Source: Candidatus Woesearchaeota archaeon (GTDB taxonomy: Archaea; Nanobdellota; Nanobdellia; Woesearchaeales; WAPJ01). From it: a stretch of 64,000 bases of DNA. How positions within the stretch are numbered: position 1 is the first letter of the stretch; each line of letters opens with the position of its first letter. Positions 46,878-56,991 of this stretch are shown here, piece after piece. The translations under genes were made by a program, and so were the position numbers. The notes below the pieces were generated by a model that searched no databases, was not told the origin of the DNA, and saw only the letters and a program-made list of their open reading frames with translations. Location: the NCBI GenBank assembly GCA_047602885.1, contig JBLKOQ010000002.1:5464-69463 (forward strand), written 5' to 3'.

Positions 46878-48173
46878 ATGAGGATTGCTATAGAGTCTTA
46901 TGGTTGTAGTGCCAATATGAATGATGCTGAAATTATGAAAGGCATGTTAGAGGATGAACATACTATATCAGATAATGCTAATCTTGTTATAGTCAACAGT
47001 TGTACTGTCAAGGGCCCTACAGAAAAGAAGATATTAAAGAGTATTAAGAGTCATCTTGATAATGACAAAAGAGTAATAGTTACTGGGTGCATGGCAGAAT
47101 CCCAGCATGAGATGCTATTATCATGGTTTCCTCAGATTAGTATTATAGGACCTGACCATATTGACAGTATTGATGAGCATTTGTATAAGAGCAATAATAC
47201 TGTAATAATAGGGAAGAGGTTCCTTGATAAGCCTAGCTTAAAGCAAAAATCAGGTAATGTCGTAAGTGGCATTATACAGATATCGAGGGGTTGTGATAGT
47301 GCATGCTCTTATTGTATTACTAAGGCGGCTAAAGGCCATATACTAAGCTATCCGATGCAAAGCATTGTTGAGAGGGCTGGAATGTTGATTGATGAGGGAA
47401 AAAAAGAGTTGTGGATTGCAAGCCAGGACAATACTGCTTATGGCATTGACTCTTATAGTATGCCTATGCTGCCCAATCTTCTGAAAAGAATATTGAGGAT
47501 TGAAGGCGACTTTATGATTAGGAATGGGATGGGAAACCCCCATAATCTGTTATTCTGTATTGACAGTCTAATAGATGTATATAAGCATCCTAAGATGTAC
47601 AAGTTCTTGCATATTCCTCTACAGTCAGGCTCACAAAAAATTATTGATAATATGAGAAGAAGACATACTATAGAAGACCACAAATACATAATATCGCGCT
47701 TCAGAAATGCCATTCCTAATATTACTATAGCCACTGATATAATATACGGTTATCCTGGAGAGACTGACGATGATTTTATGATGACTCTTAGCATACTAGA
47801 AGAAATGAATTTTGATATAGTGAATATTAGCAGGTTCTGGCCTAGGCCAGGAACAAGTGCTAGCAGGCTTGATATGCTACCATCTCATATATTGAGCGAT
47901 AGGGGATCTAAGATTACCAGGTTGTTTAGGAAGCTTTCGCTAAAGAAAAATAGTGCTTGGATTGGATGGAGAGGACCTATATTATTATGCGAGAAAGGAA
48001 AGCACAATAGTATGGTTGGCAGGAACGAGTACTATAAGCATATAGTATTGTCATCGGAAGAAATTACGAGGAATAATAATGAAATTTTTATTGGTGATAA
48101 AGTCATGGTAGAGATTATAGGATGTGATACTTTTCATTTGAAAGCAAAAATAATAGGTGGTTATAATGACTAA
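46878..48173 (+). CDS. MiaB-like radical SAM tRNA methylthiotransferase (e-MtaB type)
   Basis: SYGCSAN, NSCTVK, VTGC, CDSACSYC and a TRAM domain. The true start is MRIAIES. Confidence 0.94.
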   Translation: MRIAIESYGCSANMNDAEIMKGMLEDEHTISDNANLVIVNSCTVKGPTEKKILKSIKSHLDNDKRVIVTGCMAESQHEMLLSWFPQISIIGPDHIDSIDEHLYKSNNTVIIGKRFLDKPSLKQKSGNVVSGIIQISRGCDSACSYCITKAAKGHILSYPMQSIVERAGMLIDEGKKELWIASQDNTAYGIDSYSMPMLPNLLKRILRIEGDFMIRNGMGNPHNLLFCIDSLIDVYKHPKMYKFLHIPLQSGSQKIIDNMRRRHTIEDHKYIISRFRNAIPNITIATDIIYGYPGETDDDFMMTLSILEEMNFDIVNISRFWPRPGTSASRLDMLPSHILSDRGSKITRLFRKLSLKKNSAWIGWRGPILLCEKGKHNSMVGRNEYYKHIVLSSEEITRNNNEIFIGDKVMVEIIGCDTFHLKAKIIGGYND

Positions 48174-48990
48174 TCTATTGGTACTAGCTACTAAGACTGA
48201 TACAGCATCATATAATTTGTATAAAGAGATTGTTAATCTTTTAGAAGATAATCTGCCAGCAACAAAAAGATATGACAATGGTAACCCAGCAATCATTTAT
48301 GAAAATGCCAATATGGCTTATGAAAAGATTAGATTAGTGCTGCTTAATGAGAGTTTGTTGCACTGCAATCCAGACGATTATGCGGATGATAATGAGACTA
48401 TATGCTTTCTATCCAAACATGCCGCAAAATCAAATAATAATAGTATTACTATGCATCCTATAGGAAATTTTGGGAGTGCCGATTATGGCGGCATGGCAGG
48501 ACAAGTAGTAGTGCCTGATATTATGCTAATGAACAGCCTATATGAAAATGCTGCAAAAAACAATGTTGAGACTGATATGGGCAGATATGAAGTCAGTTTT
48601 GAAGCGGTTCATCACGGCCCTTATTCCAAGCATAAGTGCGTATTCTTTGAGCTCGGCTCAACATCATATAATTGGAATGACATTAAAGCTGCTAAGATAA
48701 TGGCGACAATCTTTTATAACAGTATTAAAAATAAGCATAATGTGAAGAAGGCTTTTTTTGGGATTGGCTCTAGCCATTATTGTGCAGGATTTTACGATCT
48801 TTTAAATGATTATTATTATGCAGGATCCTGTCCTGATTATGCATTGTCTAATTTTAACGAGGACCACATTAATATAATATCATCGTATGCTGACATATTC
48901 GTATTGCACCATAACATAAAAAAGACTGAGAAGGCAAGAATTATAGGAATGCTTGATAGGCTTGATAAGAAGTATCTTCTTTTACAATAA
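48166..48990 (+). CDS. dtdA: D-aminoacyl-tRNA deacylase (archaeal DtdA)
   Basis: FLSKH, TMHPIGN, EAVHHGP, FFELGS and GSSHY. Confidence 0.92.
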   Translation: MTNLLVLATKTDTASYNLYKEIVNLLEDNLPATKRYDNGNPAIIYENANMAYEKIRLVLLNESLLHCNPDDYADDNETICFLSKHAAKSNNNSITMHPIGNFGSADYGGMAGQVVVPDIMLMNSLYENAAKNNVETDMGRYEVSFEAVHHGPYSKHKCVFFELGSTSYNWNDIKAAKIMATIFYNSIKNKHNVKKAFFGIGSSHYCAGFYDLLNDYYYAGSCPDYALSNFNEDHINIISSYADIFVLHHNIKKTEKARIIGMLDRLDKKYLLLQ

Positions 48991-49088
48991 TATCACAGTT
49001 CTTTATAAATAAAAGCAATAAAAAACACAACATTTATATGATAATGCTCTAATATCCTGGCAATTCACTTGTGGAGGTGGAAATACGC

Positions 49089-49169
49089 ATGGGGTATGAT
49101 GACGAGTTTGACGAGGACGACTTCGAAGATGAAGATGATTTCGATGAGGATACCAGTGATGACTGGTAG
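49089..49169 (+). CDS. Acidic micropeptide (26 aa), not in ORF track
   Basis: MGYDDEFDEDDFEDEDDFDEDTSDDW with a GGAGGTG Shine-Dalgarno at 49073..49079. Confidence 0.7.
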   Translation: MGYDDEFDEDDFEDEDDFDEDTSDDW

Positions 49170-49176
49170 CCAAAGA

Positions 49177-49274
49177 AATCAACAACCCCGCCCTAAAGGG
49201 CGCGGTATGTTGGAGTTAATGGTTAAACTACTATCGGCCTAAAGACCGAGGTATGTACCCAACCCATTAACAAT
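49177..49274 (+). mobile_element. Palindromic element family B, copy 2
   Basis: 98 nt, near-identical to 31682..31779. Confidence 0.75.
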
Positions 49275-49312
49275 CAAAACCTTTATAAACATTTTTGTAT
49301 TCCTCGACGATT

Positions 49313-49507
49313 ATGGGAAGAATTAAGACTCAATTTGTTAAAAGAACGTCCAACGACCTTATAAAGAAGCATCCTGAAAGGTTCAACGCTGATTTTGAGC
49401 ACAACAAGAAGACTATAGCACAGGTTACTGATGTCCAGTCTAAGAAGGTCAGGAATGTTATAGCAGGGTATATAGGCAGGCTTGTAAGGAACAAGAAAGA
49501 GTATTAG
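49313..49507 (+). CDS. rps17e: 30S ribosomal protein eS17
   Basis: MGRIKT, DFEHNK and SKKVRNVIAGYI. Confidence 0.97.
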   Translation: MGRIKTQFVKRTSNDLIKKHPERFNADFEHNKKTIAQVTDVQSKKVRNVIAGYIGRLVRNKKEY

Positions 49508-49534
49508 ATATAATTATAATTAATTTTTTTAGTT

Positions 49535-50014
49535 TTATGATAAGACGCTATCAAACTTTCCTTCTTCCAGAGATTCTAGTGCTTTCTGGGCGTTCATTCC
49601 TTCAATCTTAACTCCCATGCTCCTAGCAGTCCCCATAATCTCTTTTACCTTATTCTTTAGGGTGACGCCTGTAAGAGAGTCTTCTTTCATGCGTGCAATC
49701 TTTATTATCTGATCCATTTTAAGGTCTCCTGCAAGGCTACTTTTAGGATTGCCAGACCCTTTTTGTAGTCCCGCCTCTTTTTTTAATAGCGCTGTAGCAG
49801 GAGGTGTTCCTAATGATATAATGTATGTCTTGGTATCACTGTCTACCTCTACTGTCACGGGAACCTGCATTCCCTTATAGTCTGCTGTCTTCTTGTTAAT
49901 GTCAGCTACTACCTGGCCTATATTCACTCCTGTAGGTCCCAATGCAGGTCCTAGAGGAGGCGCTGCTGTAGCCTTCCCGCCTTCTATTAGTATGTCGATT
50001 TTTTGTATTGCCAT
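49535..50014 (-). CDS. rpl11: 50S ribosomal protein uL11
   Basis: GGKATAAPPLGPALGP and GTARSMGV. Confidence 0.97.
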   Translation of the reverse strand: MAIQKIDILIEGGKATAAPPLGPALGPTGVNIGQVVADINKKTADYKGMQVPVTVEVDSDTKTYIISLGTPPATALLKKEAGLQKGSGNPKSSLAGDLKMDQIIKIARMKEDSLTGVTLKNKVKEIMGTARSMGVKIEGMNAQKALESLEEGKFDSVLS

Positions 50015-50084
50015 GCTATTACCTCACATAATATTTATAAATATCAGTCTTTACACTCAGAGTAGATAGCATGATTTTTTAAAG

Positions 50085-50699
50085 ATGATGTTTATGGCAA
50101 GGGAAAGAATAAGAAAGAAAGAGAGGATTATGAAGCAGTTATTGAAGACATCTTTCATACTTTTTATAGCACTGACTCTAGTACTGAGTACTTTCCTGAT
50201 TATTGCTGATATGGGCCCCAATAATCAAAGCCTAAATTATAATGGGATTGCCTTTAACTGGAATCAAGAGGACGGAACTTTCACTTTTAGGCATAACGGA
50301 CAACAGATTAGGACTCACGCCCACCCAATAGATGCAGAGGTGCACAGGCTTAGCGTACCAACTGCAGATATGCTCATGAACGCCCAGCGAATAAGCATAG
50401 TAGAAACAAAGGCTAATGCTTCAGAATGGGAGCCTCTAGCAGCTTTCAGTCTTGCAGAGGGATTGAGGAGAGGCAATAATATTATTATCAGCCGGGGATA
50501 TACAGATTCTGATCCTATGATGGACTGCGATATGGCTACTGATGATAATCCTATGGTTGTATTCAAGAGAAGCTCAGATAACAACATATTAGAAAATAAT
50601 AGTTGCATAATTGTAGAATATATTGATGAATCATTCCTGTTTACGGTGAAAGATTCTATACTATACCATAGTCTTGGAATAATCAGTCCTCGAGGGTAG
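50085..50699 (+). CDS. Membrane-anchored hypothetical protein (paralogous to the next gene)
   Basis: One TM helix, YNGIAF, HAHP and a Cys pair. Confidence 0.8.
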   Translation: MMFMARERIRKKERIMKQLLKTSFILFIALTLVLSTFLIIADMGPNNQSLNYNGIAFNWNQEDGTFTFRHNGQQIRTHAHPIDAEVHRLSVPTADMLMNAQRISIVETKANASEWEPLAAFSLAEGLRRGNNIIISRGYTDSDPMMDCDMATDDNPMVVFKRSSDNNILENNSCIIVEYIDESFLFTVKDSILYHSLGIISPRG

Positions 50700-51364
50700 T
50701 GATTGTGAAAGAAGAAAATAATGATGCTGAGAAGAGTATGGACGAAAAAGAGCCCGATATTACGAAAGATAATGATAGGAAGATGGATCTAAGGCTATTT
50801 TCCATCATTGTTATAGGACTTGTAATAATAGTTAGCGTATCATTCCTGATATTCGGTGTCAACAACATTATAGATGATAATGATTATGTTCCTTACGGCC
50901 TTTATATGTTTAAGGCACAAAACGATATTTATACCTTGGAATACCAGTGGATGAACAATATTTATGACATTAACTTTAAGTACCATCCTGACAATGTTAC
51001 TGACATTCCCATTAATGGTCCTTGGATTGACCTTAACAGGACAGTATATATTGCTTTTGACCCTTATATGAGTGAGAGATCTCTTGCTTATACGAGAGCA
51101 GCAACTCTTGATTTGATGCAGAAACTCACCTTAATATTCGGGAGGAATGTGCAGATAGTATGCACTGACAATACACATCCTGATTGCGTAGATTATGAGC
51201 CTGTAACATGCGATACTCATGACAGTGCCATAGTATTTTATGAGAGTGAAACTCCTAGGATAGTGTTAAAGGGGAGTTGTTATGAGATTCATGGTTTTGA
51301 AGAAGACATTTTTAGGGCTGAACACCTATTGGTTTTTGTAATGCTTAATATTGTTAGGGAATAA
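50699..51364 (+). CDS. Membrane-anchored hypothetical protein
   Basis: One TM helix, YGLYMF, KYHP and four Cys. Confidence 0.8.
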   Translation: MIVKEENNDAEKSMDEKEPDITKDNDRKMDLRLFSIIVIGLVIIVSVSFLIFGVNNIIDDNDYVPYGLYMFKAQNDIYTLEYQWMNNIYDINFKYHPDNVTDIPINGPWIDLNRTVYIAFDPYMSERSLAYTRAATLDLMQKLTLIFGRNVQIVCTDNTHPDCVDYEPVTCDTHDSAIVFYESETPRIVLKGSCYEIHGFEEDIFRAEHLLVFVMLNIVRE

Positions 51365-52026
51365 TGGTAAAGACTAAAGATATTGTTAGGGAAAAAGTAA
51401 AAAAGGCTATTAGCAATAATAATACTGCTAATAAGCATGAACATTATTATACTGAAGAGCCCGAATCCGACTTGGTAATAGGCAGCTTTTCTTACGCTCA
51501 TAATAATCATGAATATGTGTTTAATACTTCATCAGGTGTTTTTGGCAAGAGGAAGGCTGATAAGGGAACAATGCTATTATTGTCGAGTGTCCCTGATCTT
51601 AACAATAAGACAGTATTGGATCTTGGATGCGGTATAGGAATAGTAGCTATAGTACTATCAAAAAATTACCCTAAAGGAGTATTTCACGCTTCAGATATTA
51701 ATAAGAGGGCTGTGATGCTTACAAAAAAGAATGCAAAAAACAATAATGCACGTGTTATAGTGCATTATTCTGACGGGCTTGAACGAATAAATACTGTTTT
51801 TGATGTAATACTATTAAATCCTCCCCAGAGTGCGGGCAAGGATGTGTGCAATAATCTTATTAGAGAATCGTATGATGGACTCAATAAAGGAGGATCATTG
51901 TTATTGGTTGCAAGGAAGAATAAGGGTGGAAGGTCATTATCCGATTATATGGAGAGCTTGTTTGGAAACTGCAGTAGCATTGCAATAAAGTCAGGATATC
52001 ATGTGTACAAGTCGGTAAAAGAATAA
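51364..52026 (+). CDS. RsmC-like (MTS domain) methyltransferase
   Basis: SGVFG..DKGT, LDLGCGIG and LNPP. Confidence 0.9.
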   Translation: MVKTKDIVREKVKKAISNNNTANKHEHYYTEEPESDLVIGSFSYAHNNHEYVFNTSSGVFGKRKADKGTMLLLSSVPDLNNKTVLDLGCGIGIVAIVLSKNYPKGVFHASDINKRAVMLTKKNAKNNNARVIVHYSDGLERINTVFDVILLNPPQSAGKDVCNNLIRESYDGLNKGGSLLLVARKNKGGRSLSDYMESLFGNCSSIAIKSGYHVYKSVKE

Positions 52027-52039
52027 TGAGGAGATTAGC

Positions 52040-52324
52040 ATGGAAGAATTGTATGATAGAGCGTTAATGTATATTGACCTAAGCTCGAGAGCCAGAGAAA
52101 AGTTGTCTGTAATCTCGCCTGAGAATACTCATCTTAGGAGGGCGGTTGATGATGCTCTTGACATGGTAGACAGGTATATTAGTGATGCCAAACACTTTTT
52201 TGATGCTAAGGATTATTCCAGGGCATTATGCGCTGCATCATATGCTCATGGATGGCTTGATTGTCTGGCCAGGATGGGAATGATAGATGTAGGAAGGGAT
52301 TCTGAACTCTTCACCGTAGACTAA
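52040..52324 (+). CDS. DUF357 protein
   Basis: YISDAKHFF and YAHGWLD. Confidence 0.92.
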   Translation: MEELYDRALMYIDLSSRAREKLSVISPENTHLRRAVDDALDMVDRYISDAKHFFDAKDYSRALCAASYAHGWLDCLARMGMIDVGRDSELFTVD

Positions 52325-52326
52325 TG

Positions 52327-52464
52327 CTATCTTATTATGCTTGTGAGGCTCAATGCAAATACTGGCAATAGTGTGAGCTTAATAAAGATAGGAGCTAATA
52401 TTATCATAACCAGTAGCAACGGTATTAGTAATAGCGCTCTGATATTTAGTCTCATATGCATCAT
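52327..52464 (-). CDS. Small hydrophobic membrane peptide (45 aa), not in ORF track
   Basis: MMHMRLNIRALLLIPLLLVMIILAPIFIKLTLLPVFALSLTSIIR, starting 6 nt after the zinc-ribbon gene. Confidence 0.5.
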   Translation of the reverse strand: MMHMRLNIRALLLIPLLLVMIILAPIFIKLTLLPVFALSLTSIIR

Positions 52465-52470
52465 CCACTA

Positions 52471-52650
52471 TTACCATTTCTGTGCTGTTATAAAGTTGTC
52501 TGACATATGGTCGACTTCGTCTATCCACTCCTGCATCTGCTTTATTCTCTGCACACTGCCTGCCTTAGAACAATAAGGGCATCTTTTAGGCAATTTTTCA
52601 GGCTTTGCTCTGAACTGGTAACTGCAATCCACACACTGCACTTTTATCAT
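52471..52650 (-). CDS. Small zinc-ribbon protein (59 aa), not in ORF track
   Basis: MIKVQCVDCSYQFRAKPEKLPKRCPYCSKAG..., i.e. CxxC...CPxC. Confidence 0.8.
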   Translation of the reverse strand: MIKVQCVDCSYQFRAKPEKLPKRCPYCSKAGSVQRIKQMQEWIDEVDHMSDNFITAQKW

Positions 52651-52709
52651 ACTAGTATACTGATATGGTTACTTATATACCTTTCGGTGATGTGCAATTA
52701 TGGTTATTA

Positions 52710-53288
52710 TCACTTACTATTCTTCTTTTTAGTGTAAGCGCTCCTCGAAGGCCTAATCTTCTCAGCTCCCAATCCTTTGCTGGTAAGACCCCTACTCTTC
52801 CTTCCCGCCATAGTAAGACCTCGAGTGACTCTTCTCTTCTGGGATGCTATGCCTGCAAGTTTAGGATCATTCTTAGGACTCTTATGCTGCCTGTCAACCA
52901 TTATAACCTCATACCAATAGGTTTTTCCGTCCTCTGCTGTCAGATAGCTGCCTACTACTTCCATGTTAGGATACTTTCTTTGTACTCTTTCCTCAGATAC
53001 CTGCTGATAATTCTTTTTTAAAGGGACTCTTATAGAAGCTCTCTTGGTTCTTCGTCCTCCTGACGGCTTTGCCTTTGTTCTACCGCCTCGAGCCACTCTT
53101 TGTCTTACGACTATAACGCCTTGTTTTGCCTTGTATCCCAGACTTCTAGCCCTGTCAAGTCTTGTAGGACGTTCAACCCTTATAGTTGCAGGCTCTCTTC
53201 TATACTGCATTAGTCTAGACTGATATTCTGCTTTCATTCCTGCTTTGGGCTTTTTCCAAGCCTCCCTAATATACTTATAAAATCCCAT
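52710..53288 (-). CDS. rpl15e: 50S ribosomal protein eL15
   Basis: PTRLDRARSLGYKAKQG, WYEVIMVD and RGLTMAGRKSRGL. Confidence 0.98.
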   Translation of the reverse strand: MGFYKYIREAWKKPKAGMKAEYQSRLMQYRREPATIRVERPTRLDRARSLGYKAKQGVIVVRQRVARGGRTKAKPSGGRRTKRASIRVPLKKNYQQVSEERVQRKYPNMEVVGSYLTAEDGKTYWYEVIMVDRQHKSPKNDPKLAGIASQKRRVTRGLTMAGRKSRGLTSKGLGAEKIRPSRSAYTKKKNSK

Positions 53289-53318
53289 TTTACGGCCTCC
53301 ATTTAATATCTTGTTATT

Positions 53319-53363
53319 AAGGATTCAGGCAAGCCACGCCTACATTTCCTTGCCCTTAGGGCC
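53319..53363 (-). promoter_or_regulatory. Structured 5' leader of rpl15e
   Basis: A GCCC-TAA-GGGC hairpin followed by AAGGA..TAGGC..GCCTG..TCCTT, between the TATA box and the GGAGG SD. Confidence 0.55.
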
Positions 53364-53440
53364 AATAATGCCTTTATAAAGCTATCTTTGTTGCACTATT
53401 CTAATTTGGTAATATATTTAAACAAGCCTGCGATAGCAAT

Positions 53441-54451
53441 TTGATGGAAACTGTCTTTGACGAAAAGCATGACTCTACAGATTATATTAGCATAATGAGA
53501 TCAAAATCATACCTTATAGACCAGGGCATTAGCGCTGCAAAGAATTATGCCTCGCCCAAGAATCCCGACAGGATTATTATTATGGGCATGGGAGGATCTG
53601 GCATGGGAGGTAAACTGTTAAGGACGTATCTTGATACGCCTATAGAGATTATACAAGACTATAAGCTTATAGGAAAAATCACTTCTAAAAGCCTGGTGTT
53701 CGTGTGCTCATATTCTGGAGAGACTGAGGAGGCGCTATCACTTTTTAGCGAGGTCAGTGTCAGTACTGCCAAATTATTCGTAGTTACTGCAGGCGGCACT
53801 TTAAAGAAGAGTGCACAGTCAAAGAATATTCCTATAATACTTCTAAACCAGAATATCGCTCCCAGAAGTGCGGCTATAAGCATGTTCTTTGCAGTCATGC
53901 AAGTCTTAATCAACGGCAACACTATTCCAAGCCAGGATGAGGCTATACAAAGCCTAAAAGAGTATTTCAATAATAATGAGGCTATGAATGCTATAGAAGA
54001 GTATGCAAAGTCATTGTCTTTGAAGATAGAAGGCAATGTTCCTTTGATATATACTACTCAGAGGCTTGAATCTGTAGGTTACTGTTGGAAGGCTCAGATG
54101 AATGAGAATGCAGGAACGCACTGTTTTTTGTCAGTATTGCCTGAACTATGTCATAATGAGCTTAACGCTTATATGAAGCCAGGGGACTATTATGTCATAT
54201 TCTTGGTAGACGAGCAGGATACTAAGAGAATGAAGGAGCGTGTGGACGCTCTAAGGAATACTCTAAACGATAACGGAGTGAAAAACAGCATGATCCTTGT
54301 TAAGGGACAGACAGTCCTTGTCAAGATTATGAGTACTTTCCATTTAGGAGAACTAATAAGCTATTATTTGTCACTAAGATATGGGAAGGACCCTATGAAT
54401 ACTGATATTATTGAGGCTTTCAAGGCAGAACTTGGCAAGAAGAAATATTAG
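53441..54451 (+). CDS. Bifunctional phosphoglucose/phosphomannose isomerase
   Basis: GMGGSG, SYSGETEE, MNENA and PELCHNE. Confidence 0.93.
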   Translation: MMETVFDEKHDSTDYISIMRSKSYLIDQGISAAKNYASPKNPDRIIIMGMGGSGMGGKLLRTYLDTPIEIIQDYKLIGKITSKSLVFVCSYSGETEEALSLFSEVSVSTAKLFVVTAGGTLKKSAQSKNIPIILLNQNIAPRSAAISMFFAVMQVLINGNTIPSQDEAIQSLKEYFNNNEAMNAIEEYAKSLSLKIEGNVPLIYTTQRLESVGYCWKAQMNENAGTHCFLSVLPELCHNELNAYMKPGDYYVIFLVDEQDTKRMKERVDALRNTLNDNGVKNSMILVKGQTVLVKIMSTFHLGELISYYLSLRYGKDPMNTDIIEAFKAELGKKKY

Positions 54452-54487
54452 GGTTACATTTTAATTATAGTATCGTATACTATTCTC

Positions 54488-56986
54488 ATGATACTCGAGC
54501 GCATCATACTAAAAAATATCAGGAGCCATACTGATACTGATATTACTTTTCCTAAAGGCAGAATATTATTGTCAGGCGATATAGGCGCTGGCAAGACTAG
54601 CATACTGTTGGGTTTGGAATTTGCTTTATTCGGGATTGTTAGAGGGTGGAATGATCAGGATACGCTGCTAAGAAACGGGACTGATATTGGAAGGGCAAGA
54701 GCATATGTTAAATTGCGCGGAGATAGTATAATGATAGAAAGAACGCTTAAAAGAACAAGCAAGGGCATTAGCCAAGAGCCTGTATTGTATAGCGTTAACG
54801 GCAATGCGGAGAGGATTGTTCCTACAGAAGCAAGGATGAGAATAATAAGCCTATTAGGATATCCTTCAGAGTTCCTCACAAAAAGCCCCATACTATACAG
54901 GTACACAGTGTATACTCCGCAGGAGAGGATGAGAGAGATATTATCTGAAGACAATGACGTTAGAATGAGCCTATTAAGAAAGCTCTTCGGTCTTGAAAGG
55001 TACCAGACTATAAGGGAGAACAGCAAGACAATAACTAATATTCTGAAAAGCAAGATTAGCTATATTCAAGGAAGAGTTGTAGGGTTGGAAGAGAAGAAAC
55101 AAGAATTATCATTATTATCTCAAAGATATAATGAAGAGAAAAAAAATCTTGAAGAGACTGTTATCAAACTTGAATCGGCAAGCAAAGATTATGAGAATGC
55201 GCTAAGAGAGCATAATGCCATAGAATCATCCATAGGAATGCTCAACGAGAATAAGACCAAACTCGCCAAAGTCAATAGTAGCATTATTGATATACGAAAA
55301 GAGATTGACTTATTAGAAAAAGATATGATAATAATACAGAAGAATAGGGATGGTGCTTACGATAGTGTTATAGAATCATCATCTAAGATAATTAATAGCA
55401 ACAATGACATTAATGCTATTAAAGAGTCTGTAACCCTTCTTATTAAGGAGAAGAATATTGAGGTTGCCAAAGAAAGAGAGTTGTTAGAGGATTATCATAA
55501 CAAGAGGAGAGTGTTCGTACAAAAATTGTCTGTAGTGCAAAATGCCGTTGGAGTTCTTAATGAGAGGATTAAAAACAATAATATGAGAGTTGCGCAGTTA
55601 AGCAATACTATAACAAAAGTTCATACTGAGATAAGCAGCATAGAGTCTCCTAAAAAAGGAGGAAAGAGCGTACAAGAGTTAAGAGAACAAATCGAAGCAT
55701 TAAAGAAACTGTATTATGATTATAAGCAGAAAAGCGCTGTAATAACCCATTCTATAGCAAGAGAAGAAGAAGACCTAATAAAGATAAACAGCATGAATGA
55801 CTGTCCTACGTGCAAACAGGAAATTAGTGCTAGCCATAAAGATTCTATGCAAAGAATTATTGGCAATAAGATAGACAACTACAAAGCAGAATTAGAGCAT
55901 GTCAACACTAAGAGGACAGAATGCGAAGAAAAGATTAGAGTTCTTGAAGACAAAGAAAAAGAAGCATTATTGATAGAAAAGGCTATCGAGAAGACTGAAG
56001 CCATGAAATCGGAGATGGACAGATTCGTAGAGGAAAAGGAACGGCTAAGTAAAGAAATTATTGATGCGAATAACCAATTAGTAGATAAAGAACATGAAAG
56101 GAATGGAATATCTAAACAAATAATAGAAACAGACCATATCATAGTGAAGATAAAACAAAATATTACTGAATATGATAGTCTATTGAAAGAATATAACAAC
56201 ATTAACAGCTTATTATTATTGTATGAGAAGCACAATAACAGCCTTACAGGTCTTGAGTCGAAGAAAACAATGCTTCAAGAAAGCATAAGCCGGCTTGAAG
56301 AAGAAAAAGAAGGGCTTGAATTATCATTAATGGAGAAGGACGCATTGCTATCAGAATATGAGGCTGTAAAAGAAAAGACTGCCGTTCTAAGAAAAGAGCA
56401 TGACAATCTGCTAAGCAGCAAGTCTATGACAGCAGAGAGAATATCCGGCATTAATAACAGCATGGTAGAATTAAAGGCAGAAATTGGTGTTTTGGAAGGA
56501 TTGTTAAGAAAAAAAGACAGTATCATGATCTTAAAGAATTTTTTTGTAGAAACACTCCAAGAGATTACTAGGAGCATAGAATACGAGAAGTCAGCGAGCA
56601 TAAGAGCCCATATTGAAGGCTGTCTAATAAAATGGTTTGGAATGCTAATACCAGAACTTGATGTGAGCGTGGACGAATCATATAATCCTATAGTGTCTAA
56701 GCAGGGATACAGTCTGGGTTTTAGCAATCTCTCAGGTGGTGAAAGGACAAGCTTGTCGCTAGCTTTTAGGCTTGCATTAAATGATGCTCTGAGCCATTCC
56801 ATGCTTAAGAGCACTAGCACTCTTATTATTCTGGACGAGCCTACAGACGGACTGAGCACAGAGCAGTTGGACCAGGTCAGAATAGTATTGGATGAGGTTG
56901 ATTGTGAACAGATGATTATAGTTAGTCATGAACAGAAAGTGGAAGGATTTGTGGATCATATCATAAGAATATCTAGGCAGGACTAA
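54488..56986 (+). CDS. rad50: Rad50/SbcC-type SMC ATPase
   Basis: GDIGAGKT, Q-loop YTPQE, CPTC zinc hook, LSGGE, ILDEP and VSH. Confidence 0.9.
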   Translation: MILERIILKNIRSHTDTDITFPKGRILLSGDIGAGKTSILLGLEFALFGIVRGWNDQDTLLRNGTDIGRARAYVKLRGDSIMIERTLKRTSKGISQEPVLYSVNGNAERIVPTEARMRIISLLGYPSEFLTKSPILYRYTVYTPQERMREILSEDNDVRMSLLRKLFGLERYQTIRENSKTITNILKSKISYIQGRVVGLEEKKQELSLLSQRYNEEKKNLEETVIKLESASKDYENALREHNAIESSIGMLNENKTKLAKVNSSIIDIRKEIDLLEKDMIIIQKNRDGAYDSVIESSSKIINSNNDINAIKESVTLLIKEKNIEVAKERELLEDYHNKRRVFVQKLSVVQNAVGVLNERIKNNNMRVAQLSNTITKVHTEISSIESPKKGGKSVQELREQIEALKKLYYDYKQKSAVITHSIAREEEDLIKINSMNDCPTCKQEISASHKDSMQRIIGNKIDNYKAELEHVNTKRTECEEKIRVLEDKEKEALLIEKAIEKTEAMKSEMDRFVEEKERLSKEIIDANNQLVDKEHERNGISKQIIETDHIIVKIKQNITEYDSLLKEYNNINSLLLLYEKHNNSLTGLESKKTMLQESISRLEEEKEGLELSLMEKDALLSEYEAVKEKTAVLRKEHDNLLSSKSMTAERISGINNSMVELKAEIGVLEGLLRKKDSIMILKNFFVETLQEITRSIEYEKSASIRAHIEGCLIKWFGMLIPELDVSVDESYNPIVSKQGYSLGFSNLSGGERTSLSLAFRLALNDALSHSMLKSTSTLIILDEPTDGLSTEQLDQVRIVLDEVDCEQMIIVSHEQKVEGFVDHIIRISRQD

Positions 56987-56991
56987 CAGTA

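Noticed and set aside
54488..56986. Rad50 without adjacent mre11 as a novel SMC system
   Set aside because: All Rad50 motifs are standard and operon fragmentation is common in this window, so mre11 may be elsewhere.
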